Origin: an uncultured archaeon
GTDB taxonomy: Archaea; Thermoproteota; EX4484-205; JAAOZP01
DNA length: 56,396 nt
Direction of reading: 5' to 3'
Assembly (NCBI GenBank): GCA_938045545.1
Contig: CALIBN010000028.1
Location: 1-56,396, forward strand
The first letter of the stretch is position 1, and each line of letters starts with the position of its first letter. Positions 8,750 to 18,129 of the stretch are shown here, piece after piece. A program made the position numbers and the translations under genes. The notes beneath the pieces were generated by a model. The model did not search any database and had not been told where the DNA came from. It saw only the letters and a program-made list of their open reading frames with translations.

Positions 8750-10990
8750 ATGACGAGTAAGAAAGAATACTTAGACTTCATCAACAAGTACTATGAAGAA
8801 CTGTTAAGGAACTATGAACAGTCTTTGAAAGAATGGGAGAAAAGGATGGAAACCGCTGATTCCTTCGACCCCCCGATGGTTCCGGTTGCACGCGCTCTCG
8901 TCGAAGGATTTCTCTACCATGTTACAGAGAATAAGGAATATGCTGAAAAAGCTAGGGAAGCAATGCTCACTTATCAGAAGCTACCCAATATTGTTCCAGA
9001 GCGCATGAGAAGAATGGCGAAATATTCTGAAGGAATTCGCCCAATGTTGAATTGGTTTGGAGGAGTCACCCTGTTTCTACGGACCTACGAGTTCATAAGT
9101 AATAGTGGGGTCATAGGGTCCAAGGATAGGGAGGTGTTTAAACAGATAGTTGGAAATAGTCTTGAACCATTCTTCTCCTTCCCAGAGTGGGGGCCGCATA
9201 ACCGTGCGATTAAAAGGGGGTTAGCGCTGACGTATGCTGCAAAAATATTCCCAGATCATCCTGATGCTTCAAAATGGAGTAAGCTTGGGAAACTCATGGT
9301 TGAACCAAGTCTGAAACACTGGTCGCTTGAAGACAGCGAGCTCTACGTTCCAATCTGGCTCTCAGACCTGCTGCTGTATCTGGATGTTACTGGAGATCGG
9401 GAATTACTTGACTCACCCATTATGAAATACTATTTCCACTATTTCACAAACCTGCTCTGCCCGCTTGGAATGATCCCGGATTTCGGGGATGCGACATGGG
9501 GTGCAAACGCCGAGCTTTACTTAGCAATATTGGAGAAGGGCGCCAGCACCTACAGGGATCCCTATATGAAGTATGCTGCCGACAGAATATTCAGGTTTGC
9601 CCTAAAAGAGAAAAAGCTCGGCATCTACGCAATATTCGCATACCTTTGGTCAGACGACAGTGTTGAAGCTAAGGTCCCGGTGTCCCGCAGCCAAGAGGTT
9701 CTGGACGAGGTTATTGGCAAGAAGATTGTTTTCAGAGAAGGCTGGGAAGAGAATGCGACCTACATGCTTCTCAATTACATGGATGAGGGGGATATCGGCT
9801 GGCACTATAAGGAGCATCTGCGTAATACTCTCGTAGTAACCGCTGAAAAGATGCATCATGGTCATGCTGATGAAAACTCTATAGTCGCCCTTGTGAAAAA
9901 CGGGGCGTTCCTGCTTCACGACGGGGGTTATCGCGAAGCTCTGCCAAACGGGGCCTACAGGGCTGATGTCTATCACAATCGGATAGTCGTTCGGCATGGA
10001 AGACCATCAGGCCAGAGGCTTTTCGAATTCCTTCATGATAAGGGGATTTACCAGCCTGTTAGAACCAGGAGGGTTCATTTCAAAACATTCCAAGACGTTG
10101 ACGTAAGCAGGACTGAAGTTATAGATGATAATAACGAGTACCATTGGGACAGGGTTGTAACATACTTGAAGGATTTGAAAGCATTCGTAATCCATGATGG
10201 AGTGAAGCTTCTAAGAGACGGCGAGTTCACGATCAGCAACCTACTGTGGACACAGAATATTCATGCGACCGGTGAAAAATATTTTGACACTTCAATCGAA
10301 TTGATAGGGATGGCTGGGGCTATGAGCAATGCAAAGACTCTTGAAGAGAGGAGGCGTTTTGCATGGCCTAATAAGAAGGGTGAAAGGCTTCTGATCTATT
10401 TCCAGCCTGACGGGGGTAAGAAGCAAGGGGTCGATGAGACGATGCGATGCTACCTTCCTGAAAAATGCGTCTATCAGACTTATTCAAATCGTTTCAAAAG
10501 AGGGGAGTTCGCTTCTTTCACGACTTTTCTATGGCCACATGGTGAAGACGAAGCTATCGAAACCATGCTTAGTAGACTTAGGCAGGTAAAAGTAGACAAG
10601 TATCCCAATGCTACCGCTATAAGAATAGAGCAGCCCGATGGAGCAATGTACATATGTGTTAAGCACGACCTTTCAATCGGGCTGGTTAGACCCGAGGTCA
10701 GACCCGTTTACACGTATGAAGCCGGTGAAATTCGATACGACGAGTTTGCGACAGATGCAGCCTACCTGTACGCTAAGATTGACTGCAATACTTTGAAATA
10801 TGCTTTCATAGACGGTATGAAGCTTCTGTTCAAAAATAAGAGGATCTTTTCTTCCGAGGAGCCTAGTGTTATCGACCTTACTCACCGGCGGGACATCGAC
10901 CGCGAAGGAACGTTCAAGACTGAAAAAGAGTACTGGAAATTTGAGCTTAAAACAAAGTGGGATTCTTGGGAAGACGCTGTTAAGGTTTGA
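8750..10990 (+). CDS. Large hypothetical protein, heparinase II/III-like (polysaccharide lyase-type) architecture
   Basis: 746 aa with a helical N-half containing WGPHNR and IPDFGD, and a C-half with HHGHADENSI, LLHDGGY and DVYHNRIVV, resembling heparinase II/III motifs. No signal peptide seen. Confidence 0.55.
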   Translation: MTSKKEYLDFINKYYEELLRNYEQSLKEWEKRMETADSFDPPMVPVARALVEGFLYHVTENKEYAEKAREAMLTYQKLPNIVPERMRRMAKYSEGIRPMLNWFGGVTLFLRTYEFISNSGVIGSKDREVFKQIVGNSLEPFFSFPEWGPHNRAIKRGLALTYAAKIFPDHPDASKWSKLGKLMVEPSLKHWSLEDSELYVPIWLSDLLLYLDVTGDRELLDSPIMKYYFHYFTNLLCPLGMIPDFGDATWGANAELYLAILEKGASTYRDPYMKYAADRIFRFALKEKKLGIYAIFAYLWSDDSVEAKVPVSRSQEVLDEVIGKKIVFREGWEENATYMLLNYMDEGDIGWHYKEHLRNTLVVTAEKMHHGHADENSIVALVKNGAFLLHDGGYREALPNGAYRADVYHNRIVVRHGRPSGQRLFEFLHDKGIYQPVRTRRVHFKTFQDVDVSRTEVIDDNNEYHWDRVVTYLKDLKAFVIHDGVKLLRDGEFTISNLLWTQNIHATGEKYFDTSIELIGMAGAMSNAKTLEERRRFAWPNKKGERLLIYFQPDGGKKQGVDETMRCYLPEKCVYQTYSNRFKRGEFASFTTFLWPHGEDEAIETMLSRLRQVKVDKYPNATAIRIEQPDGAMYICVKHDLSIGLVRPEVRPVYTYEAGEIRYDEFATDAAYLYAKIDCNTLKYAFIDGMKLLFKNKRIFSSEEPSVIDLTHRRDIDREGTFKTEKEYWKFELKTKWDSWEDAVKV

Positions 10991-11135
10991 AATGCGTAAA
11001 CCGTTAAACTGTAATATTCTCCAGTAAAAACTAGGCATATTCATCTTGCATTATTATGTCGAACAGAACCTTTGGAAAAACACGCATAAGCTAGGCTTCA
11101 AAAAATATATGCAGGCAACATATGCCATTTTTAAA

Positions 11136-12201
11136 ATGGCCCTTACACCACGCGAAAGAGTGTTAATGGCTCTAAAGCATAAAGAGGCTGACAGGATACC
11201 GATACACAACAGCCCCTGGGGCGCCACAATAGACAGGTGGAGAAGCGAAGGCCTACCCTCAGGCGTTTCACCAGCAGACTTCTTCGGCTATGAGCTGGCA
11301 GGGTTCTCAGCCGACACCTCGCCACAGTTCCCCGTGGAAGTAGTATGGAGGATGAAGGGTACATTGTTGAGAGAGACTCCTATGGAGGTGTTAGGAGAAA
11401 CCATAGGGATAGGTCAACCACGCCGGAGATAATAGACTACCCGTGTAAGAGCAGGATGGACTGGGAGAAGCTTAAGCCCGGCTTCAGCCGAGCGGCTGGA
11501 GGGTTGACTGGGTTTCAACTTTCAACGGCTATCATCACCATAGGAGCCTGGGCAGGTTAATAACCTATAACGCGGCTGTAGGATACGATAAGATGCAGAA
11601 TTATGTTGCTACAACAAGACTTTTGAAAGCGATCATAATGGAGCCGGAGTGGGTGGTCGACATGTATTGGACAGACGCTAAGCTTGCAATGGAAATGTGT
11701 GAAAGAATGATGAGAGCAGGTTTAAAGTTTGATGGTGCATTTCTATTCTACGACCTAGGCTATAAGAATGGGCTATTATTCTTCCCAAAGCACTATGAGC
11801 AGCAGCTTCACCACGTTTTTAAAGAGCTCTGCAGGTTTTTCCACAGCAGAGAAATGCTGGTCCTGCTTCACAGCTGTGGAAATGTTAAGGAACCTCATAC
11901 CCTTTTTCATCGAAGAGGGTATTGACTGTCTTCAGCCTCTTGAAGTCAAGGCAGGCATGAATCTCGTCGAGCTTAAGGAGAGTTACGGTGACAAGCTTTG
12001 CTTCATGGGTGGGATAGACGTGAGGCTAATGGTTTTAGACGATCTGCACCATTAGAGGAGGAGATAAAGCTGAAAATATCACTTGCAAAACAGGGTGGAG
12101 GATACATTTACCATTCTGACCATTCAATACCGAAAAACGTGAGTTTCGCAAACTATAAGAGGGTCATAGGACTGGTTAAGAAGTACGGAGCATACGCTTA
12201 G
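11136..12201 (+). pseudogene. Uroporphyrinogen decarboxylase (URO-D)-fold protein with four frameshifts
   Basis: MALTPRERVLMALKHKEADRIP start, then pieces in different frames (shifts at ~11344, ~11478, ~11889, ~12047) carrying YDLGYKNG, LLHSCGN, IDCLQPLEVKAGM, FMGGID and YHSDHSIPKNVSFANY. Confidence 0.85.
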
Positions 12202-12257
12202 AAAGCTCTGAATCAAAACCGATTGGCATAAAGATTAACGCTTTCCTTAACGTGCTT

Positions 12258-13478
12258 TTAGGTGGCAGGCAAGCGCCCCCTTAACCACGGGTTTCCACTC
12301 GCTTCCTCAAGGGTCTTCAGGTAAAGAGCCCTAGTTCTCTCAGCAATGGACCTCCAATTATATATTTCAACAACTTTTTTAAAGGCATTCTGCTTTAGAC
12401 GCTCCGCCAAATCTGGATTATCAAGCAAGTAGGCGACCGCGCGGGACAATGAGTCTGAATTGTTAGCCTCCACCTTCAAGCCGTTTACATTGTTCTCAAC
12501 GATTTCCGAGAGGCCCCCTACATCTGAAACGATGATTGGAACCCCGGAAGCCATCGCCTCCAAAGCCACTATGCCGAAAGGCTCATATAGACTTGGGAAC
12601 ACGGCTACTGAAGCACACTTATAGAGCCGCTTAAGAGTCTCGTCATCAACATAGCCGGTGAAATGCACCTTGGGAAAAATGCCTAATTGCCCTGCAATCC
12701 GCATCAGCTCCTCTTTACAATACCCCTCTCCAACCACCACCAGCTTGGCTTCAGGATGAGAGTTCAGCACACTCGGCATCGCGCCTAAAAGCACGTTTAC
12801 CCCTTTCTCCGGGACAAGCCTTCCAACATAAAGTATTATCTTCTCCCAGTCTGCAGCGTATCTAGACCTAAAACCCCTTGGGCAGGAATAGCCGTCGAAC
12901 TGGTTTTTATCCACACCATTCGGTATTACTAATACCTTGTCAGAAGGCGTGTTGAAGAACCTCGTCACTTCCTCTTTCATGTAGTTACTGCAGCAAACTA
13001 CCTTCCAAGACTCATATGTTAGCCACCATTCTATCTGATGTATCATTCTTTGATAGTCGGTATGTAGCCCGCGCCTCCTCCCCTGCTCAGTCGAATGTAT
13101 AGTAGATATAAGGGGCACCCTGCAAAGATGTTTTACGGATATCGCTGGTTTAGCAACAAGCCAATCGTGTGCGTGAACAATGTCGATTCCACCCAACTCC
13201 CTGACTGATCTCACAGCCTCGCGCTCCATATTTAGGTTCATAAGGAGAACCCAAGATGCGAAGTCCGGTGTCGGCGCAGTATAGGACTCAACTCTTTTCA
13301 CAGTCATGTTTCCAAGCCTCTCCATCTCCGGAGCCCCAGGGTAATTGCAGGTTAACAAGATTATCTCCACACCGATGTTTCGCAACTCCTCTGTAAGATG
13401 CTTTACGTGAGTAGCTAATCCCCCGATTACCCGGGGAGGATACTCCCAAGAAAGCATAAGAACCCTTAGCCTATCCAT
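12258..13478 (-). CDS. GT4 glycosyltransferase (glycogen synthase-like)
   Basis: Motifs SWEYPPRVIGGL, HAHDWL, TIHSTE, VGRLVPEKG and PSLYEPFGIVALEAMA (E-x7-E). Confidence 0.9.
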   Translation of the reverse strand: MDRLRVLMLSWEYPPRVIGGLATHVKHLTEELRNIGVEIILLTCNYPGAPEMERLGNMTVKRVESYTAPTPDFASWVLLMNLNMEREAVRSVRELGGIDIVHAHDWLVAKPAISVKHLCRVPLISTIHSTEQGRRRGLHTDYQRMIHQIEWWLTYESWKVVCCSNYMKEEVTRFFNTPSDKVLVIPNGVDKNQFDGYSCPRGFRSRYAADWEKIILYVGRLVPEKGVNVLLGAMPSVLNSHPEAKLVVVGEGYCKEELMRIAGQLGIFPKVHFTGYVDDETLKRLYKCASVAVFPSLYEPFGIVALEAMASGVPIIVSDVGGLSEIVENNVNGLKVEANNSDSLSRAVAYLLDNPDLAERLKQNAFKKVVEIYNWRSIAERTRALYLKTLEEASGNPWLRGRLPAT

Positions 13479-14085
13479 GCCTCTCAGAAACCTCCTTGTA
13501 AACCTTAATTAATTCTTCAACAGTATTTGGACCGTTAAAATCCACTAGGCGCAGCTTTTCAACACACCAAGGGTACAATGCTCTGATCATACTGTAGGTT
13601 GTTGCCGAGTGTGCCACTACGCGGTCAGCAAGACTCGCGGAGAACGATTCAACCCACTTAATAGTCTGGCCTAGGAGAGAGAGGTTGGAATGAGACCTGA
13701 GCTCCTCCAGAGACAGGAAACTCTGCACGTATGGAATTGGAACAGCCTCCCTCAATGAAATCAAAGGCAGGGCAGAACTCCATTCAAAAGCATGAATAAT
13801 ATCAATTCCAGGCTGCTCCCACAGAAGGTCAGCCAGTATTCTGGTGTACTCGCAGCTTAGGCTTGATGCCCAAGTAAAAGGGTTAACGTGAGACGAAACC
13901 TTGTTGGAAACATAGTATACCTTTATGCCTCCCTTCACCTCAAACCCGCTCCTCCAGTCGTCGAAAGCCACAACATTAACATCAAACCCCTTATTCGAAA
14001 GAGACCTTGCAGTAAAACTAACGAGGTTCGAGAGGTCGCCTACTACGCGGGGGGGAAATTCAGCAGTAAGTATAACTATCCTCAA
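13471..14085 (-). CDS. GT4 N-terminal-domain-only protein
   Basis: 204 aa; AEFPPRVVGDL and IIHAFEW parallel the N-domain of the adjacent GT4. No C-terminal nucleotide-sugar-binding domain. Stop overlaps the next gene's start by 8 nt. Confidence 0.7.
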   Translation of the reverse strand: MRIVILTAEFPPRVVGDLSNLVSFTARSLSNKGFDVNVVAFDDWRSGFEVKGGIKVYYVSNKVSSHVNPFTWASSLSCEYTRILADLLWEQPGIDIIHAFEWSSALPLISLREAVPIPYVQSFLSLEELRSHSNLSLLGQTIKWVESFSASLADRVVAHSATTYSMIRALYPWCVEKLRLVDFNGPNTVEELIKVYKEVSERHG

Positions 14086-14094
14086 AGCTGCGTC

Positions 14095-14355
14095 TCACGA
14101 GAACAAGGATTCTATCTTTATAACGCCCAGACCCGTTAAATGAAACTTCTTTTTGCCAATTCTGTCCTGAAGAGATGCCACGTAACCCCTATCAACAAGG
14201 TTGAAAAGCCTATGGATCAATTCCTCTGGTTTTATCATAAGGATCTTAGCAACATCCTCAGCGTCCACGGCTTTACCAGGGTCTACTGCTGCCAAGTTAT
14301 GAAGCTGCAGAAGTATCCTTATATCAGTATCCTCGTAGGCAGCTGGTTCAGCCAT
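14095..14355 (-). CDS. Small winged helix-turn-helix protein, putative regulator
   Basis: 86 aa: IRILLQL...VDAEDVAKILMIKPEELIHRLFNLVDRGYV...KKFHLTGLG, a wHTH pattern. Start 14355 chosen from TATA spacing; the ORF track starts at 14409. Confidence 0.65.
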   Translation of the reverse strand: MAEPAAYEDTDIRILLQLHNLAAVDPGKAVDAEDVAKILMIKPEELIHRLFNLVDRGYVASLQDRIGKKKFHLTGLGVIKIESLFS

Positions 14356-14381
14356 CCACACTAAGTCTACTTCAAGCGTTC

Positions 14382-14397
14382 TATTTAAGCTTAAATA
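14382..14397. promoter_or_regulatory. Perfect 16-bp palindrome TATTTAAGCTTAAATA forming back-to-back TATA boxes
   Basis: The sequence equals its own reverse complement. TTAAATA on each strand lies 25-27 nt from ATG 14422 (+) and ATG 14355 (-). Confidence 0.7.
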
Positions 14398-14421
14398 AAA
14401 TCTTCTCACCCAGTATTAAGG

Positions 14422-15687
14422 ATGAAAGGAGTGGTATTATGCTTCGAATCCCATCAGCCTTACAGGATAAGGCAGAGGATAATAGAGCAGGTAGCTTCAA
14501 AGCAAATAGTAAGGTTCAGAGACCTTGAGAAGATATATTTCGACGATGAGCTTAACAAACAGATATTCAAAAGAGTTTCAGAAAGATGCTACCTGCCGGC
14601 TAGTGAAGTCTTGCTAGATATTATTGACAGGCAGAAGTCTGATGCCAGAGGACTTAGGGTTGCTTTCAGCCTGAGTGGGCTCTTCATAGAACAGGCCAGG
14701 CAGTACGATGAAAGAGTACTTCAAGCCTTTAAGGACCTCTCGGAAACCGGTAGGGTTGAATTTTTAGCGCAGACCTATTACCACTCGCTTGTAAGCCTTT
14801 ACTCGGAGGACAGACCTGAGTTTATAGAGCAGGTGGAAAAACATGTGGATGTTGTAAGCGAGGAATTTAACCAAAAACCCACTGTTTTCGAAAACACTGA
14901 ACTGATCTACAATAATTCTATAGCTAGAACAGTTGAAAAAATGGGCTTCAAGGCTATTTTCACCGAAGGCGTTGAAAGAATTCTCGGCTGGAGGTCTCCG
15001 AACTACGTTTATTCTCCAAAAGGAGCACCCAGCTTGAGGCTGCTGCTTAGAAACTACCGGCTCACTGACGACATAGGCTTCAGGTTCTCGTCAACCAGGT
15101 GGGAACAGTATCCTTTGACCGCTGAAAAATATGCGTCTTGGCTTGCAGCCACACCTGGGGACTGTATCAACATATTCATGGACTATGAGACCTTCGGGGA
15201 GCACCATTGGAGGGAGACTGGCATATTTGATTTTCTAAGAGCCCTCCCTGAGAAAGTACTTGAACACCAGAACCTTTGTTTCATGCTTCCAAGCGAGGTG
15301 GTGGACCGTTTCGATTCAAAGGACGAGATAGATGTTTTTGAGCTCGGTGAGACAGTGTCTTGGGCCGATGAGGAAAAAGATTTGACAGCATGGTTGCAGA
15401 ACCCCATGCAAAACTATCTTTTCGAAAGAATAAAAGCTCTGGAGCCCATAGTGAAGGCTGTTGGAGACAGCGATGCCCTAGAGCTATGGAGAAGGTTTAC
15501 AACCAGCGACTATTATTACTATTTAAGCACTAAAACAGGGGGAGCCGGCGAGGTTCATAATTATTTTAACCCATATCCCAATCCATTGAACGCCTATAAC
15601 AACATTATGGAGGCGCTGCTTGACTTTGAACTTAGGGTCCGAAGAGCGTACAACAGGAAAACTCGAGAGAAGAAAGCCGCACATTAA
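14422..15687 (+). CDS. Glycoside hydrolase family 57 (alpha-amylase-like)
   Basis: Conserved regions FESHQPYR, QTYYHSL, FENTELIY (nucleophile Glu), FMDYETFGEH (acid/base Asp) and TSDYYYY. Confidence 0.9.
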   Translation: MKGVVLCFESHQPYRIRQRIIEQVASKQIVRFRDLEKIYFDDELNKQIFKRVSERCYLPASEVLLDIIDRQKSDARGLRVAFSLSGLFIEQARQYDERVLQAFKDLSETGRVEFLAQTYYHSLVSLYSEDRPEFIEQVEKHVDVVSEEFNQKPTVFENTELIYNNSIARTVEKMGFKAIFTEGVERILGWRSPNYVYSPKGAPSLRLLLRNYRLTDDIGFRFSSTRWEQYPLTAEKYASWLAATPGDCINIFMDYETFGEHHWRETGIFDFLRALPEKVLEHQNLCFMLPSEVVDRFDSKDEIDVFELGETVSWADEEKDLTAWLQNPMQNYLFERIKALEPIVKAVGDSDALELWRRFTTSDYYYYLSTKTGGAGEVHNYFNPYPNPLNAYNNIMEALLDFELRVRRAYNRKTREKKAAH

Positions 15688-16724
15688 ACACTGCTAGACG
15701 CTTGAAGAGCCTGGCGTAGTTGAAAAGCAGCCTCCTCCGGCGCCACTATGTTTATATATGCGCCTGACCCAAGCTCGAAGCCGGCGTGAACAGCAATACG
15801 CGGATATATCTCAATATGCCAGTGAAAATCCCTGTACCCTACAGGGCGTGAATGAAAAACCATGTTGAATGAAAAACTGCCCAATACTTTTTTGTAGGCG
15901 GAAAAAAGCCCCTTTAAGATTAACGCAAGATCACTGATCGCCTCCACGCTGGATTCAAGGAAAGAGCAGGCATGATGCTTCGGCACAATCCAGCACTCAT
16001 ACGGGAAAATGCTTGCAAACGGGGTTATAACCGTAAAGCATTCGCCAGTGGACACAAGCCGCCCACCTTCCTGAGCCTCAGCGTTCAGTGCGCAAAAATA
16101 GCATTTACCATGAACCTGGATAATCCTTGAGAACGACTCCAATTCCTTTGAGATCAAGGGAGGAACAAACGAGCTTCCTATAATCTGATAATGAGGGTGC
16201 GCGATTGAGGCTCCGGCCTCCCTGCCATGATTCTTGAAGATGGCAACATGCTTTACATTCTCGTCAGACTCCATAAATTTTCCCCTATCCAGTAGTGCCA
16301 GTAGGGGCAGTTCAATGCTTCTAGGCTCAGCCGCCTCATAGCTCCAGAGATGATTCGGATTCTCGACAACAACCTCATGGTAACCATAAGGGTTAAATGA
16401 TCCTGGCCTGAAGGATCCTACCCTGGTGTTAAGAGCAGGAAACATGTTTGGAAACACTCTGACAGACCAGTCGCTTCTCCTAAGCCCATTCTCGTCAAAG
16501 GTCTTCAAAATTCTTCGCCCACCCTCCAACACGTATAGAAGACTCGCTCTAGGGGTTTGGTTCTCGCGGCCAGGGCAGAAGGGACACTCCTTATTATCCT
16601 CTTTAAACTCCTCCCGGTAGAAGTGAGGCCTTTTCCGTCTTCCCCTTGCAACTATAACTACCCTACCAGTGAAATCGTCGAACCTTACTTCGCTTTCCAT
16701 CTCGTTGAAAGACTGGTCAATCAT
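15684..16724 (-). CDS. galT: Galactose-1-phosphate uridylyltransferase (GalT)-like nucleotidyltransferase, possibly an ADP-glucose phosphorylase
   Basis: Motifs RRKRP, CPFCPG, VFPNMFPAL, GYHEVVVE, NHGREAGASIAHPHYQ (HxHxQ) and FHWHIEIYPR. Confidence 0.85.
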   Translation of the reverse strand: MIDQSFNEMESEVRFDDFTGRVVIVARGRRKRPHFYREEFKEDNKECPFCPGRENQTPRASLLYVLEGGRRILKTFDENGLRRSDWSVRVFPNMFPALNTRVGSFRPGSFNPYGYHEVVVENPNHLWSYEAAEPRSIELPLLALLDRGKFMESDENVKHVAIFKNHGREAGASIAHPHYQIIGSSFVPPLISKELESFSRIIQVHGKCYFCALNAEAQEGGRLVSTGECFTVITPFASIFPYECWIVPKHHACSFLESSVEAISDLALILKGLFSAYKKVLGSFSFNMVFHSRPVGYRDFHWHIEIYPRIAVHAGFELGSGAYINIVAPEEAAFQLRQALQASSSV

Positions 16725-16797
16725 AACGTATACGTCTCCGGACGGCTACATAAATCTTGAGAAATTAAAAATATATAAAGGATAACCATGGCTAGTA

Positions 16798-18039
16798 ATG
16801 AACACCCCTATGAGGATAGCGTTCATGGTATACGAATACCCACCATATCTAGTTGGGGGGCTTGGAACATACGCGCAGTACATTACAAAGGAGTTTGTGA
16901 AGCTAGGCCATGACGTTACGGTTTTCACCATGCACAAGGGAGCGGCTCAGTTGAGAGAAATAGTAGGAGGCGTTGAAATTAGAAGATACCCTACGGTGGA
17001 TGCGAGCGACGTCTTCGCCCCTATAGTGACAGAGGATTTGAAACACTGGGGTACCTATATAAGGTTCTTCAGCGATATTTTCATCTACAATGTGATGAGT
17101 GCATCGGACCTTGTTGCAGAGCTTCGGGAAACCAAGATCGACATAATCGCGTTTCACGACTGGCTGAGCTGCATAGGAGCATTGATATCGAGGAAACACA
17201 CGACCATACCAATGGTTTTCCACGTGCATTCAACGGAATGGGGTAGGACGGGGAACGGTTCCCAAGTGATAAGGTACTTGGAGGAGAAGGCTGCTTCAAC
17301 AGCGGAGAGGATAATTACAGTAAGCCACGCGATGAAAGAGGACCTGGTTAAGCACGGTTGGCCTGAGGATAAGATAAGCGTGGTCTGGAACGGTGTTGAC
17401 GCTAACGTTTATAATCCTGATAGATGCAAGCCTGAAGATATAGAGGCAGTTAGAAGGAAGTATAACATAAGCAGAGAGGAGAACATGCTGCTCTTCATCG
17501 GCAGGTTAACCTGGGTTAAGGGCGTTAGAAATCTTATTCAAGCAATGCCCCTGATTCTGAAGGAGCACCCTAATACGAAGCTAGTGATACTTGGAAGAGG
17601 AGAAGAGCAGAGGGACATTGAGGAGTTGACAAGCCGCCTAGGGCTTTCAAACAACGTTTACTACAGGTACGAGTTTATACCGGAGAACGAACGCATCCTG
17701 CATTATGCGGCAGCAGACCTGTGCGTGTTTCCAAGCATCTATGAACCATTTGGAATAGTTTCGCTTGAGGCCATGGCGATGAAGAAGCCGATCGTCGTTG
17801 GCGCGAGCGGAGTATGCGGGTTTAGAGAACAGGTTATCAGCAGTGGGCCCGACCAAAACGGTGTGCATATAAACGGTAACGATCCTGCGGACATAGCTTG
17901 GGGTGTCAACCTGATCTTATCTGATAAAGAAAAAGCACTTAAGATGGGTGAAAATGGTCGGAGGAGGGTTTTAAACTACTTCACTTGGGATAAAGTGGCT
18001 CAGCAAACCATCAAGATATATGAATCACTCATAAAATGA
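16798..18039 (+). CDS. GT4 glycosyltransferase (archaeal glycogen synthase-like)
   Basis: Motifs EYPPYLVGGLG, FHDWL, HVHSTE, IGRLTWVKG and PSIYEPFGIVSLEAMA. Confidence 0.9.
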   Translation: MNTPMRIAFMVYEYPPYLVGGLGTYAQYITKEFVKLGHDVTVFTMHKGAAQLREIVGGVEIRRYPTVDASDVFAPIVTEDLKHWGTYIRFFSDIFIYNVMSASDLVAELRETKIDIIAFHDWLSCIGALISRKHTTIPMVFHVHSTEWGRTGNGSQVIRYLEEKAASTAERIITVSHAMKEDLVKHGWPEDKISVVWNGVDANVYNPDRCKPEDIEAVRRKYNISREENMLLFIGRLTWVKGVRNLIQAMPLILKEHPNTKLVILGRGEEQRDIEELTSRLGLSNNVYYRYEFIPENERILHYAAADLCVFPSIYEPFGIVSLEAMAMKKPIVVGASGVCGFREQVISSGPDQNGVHINGNDPADIAWGVNLILSDKEKALKMGENGRRRVLNYFTWDKVAQQTIKIYESLIK

Positions 18040-18129
18040 GAGCATGAGATCCTAGTTTTAGCGTGGAGTAAGGTTAATCTAGAAGACGCTAAAATGCTAA
18101 AATTTTCGAGACGCAGCTAAGTTGTGTTC

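Noticed and set aside
11136-12201. Programmed ribosomal frameshifting in the URO-D, MDR and DUF2284 genes
   Set aside because: Each gene has multiple shifts and I saw no consistent slippery heptamer plus downstream structure; decay or sequencing error explains them better.
5231-12225. Recurrent AAACCG(T/A)T words in spacers (about 5233, 5892, 10998, 12217) as a shared operator
   Set aside because: The words are short, variable and inconsistently placed relative to TATA boxes; they cannot be separated from chance or BRE-like sequence without statistics.
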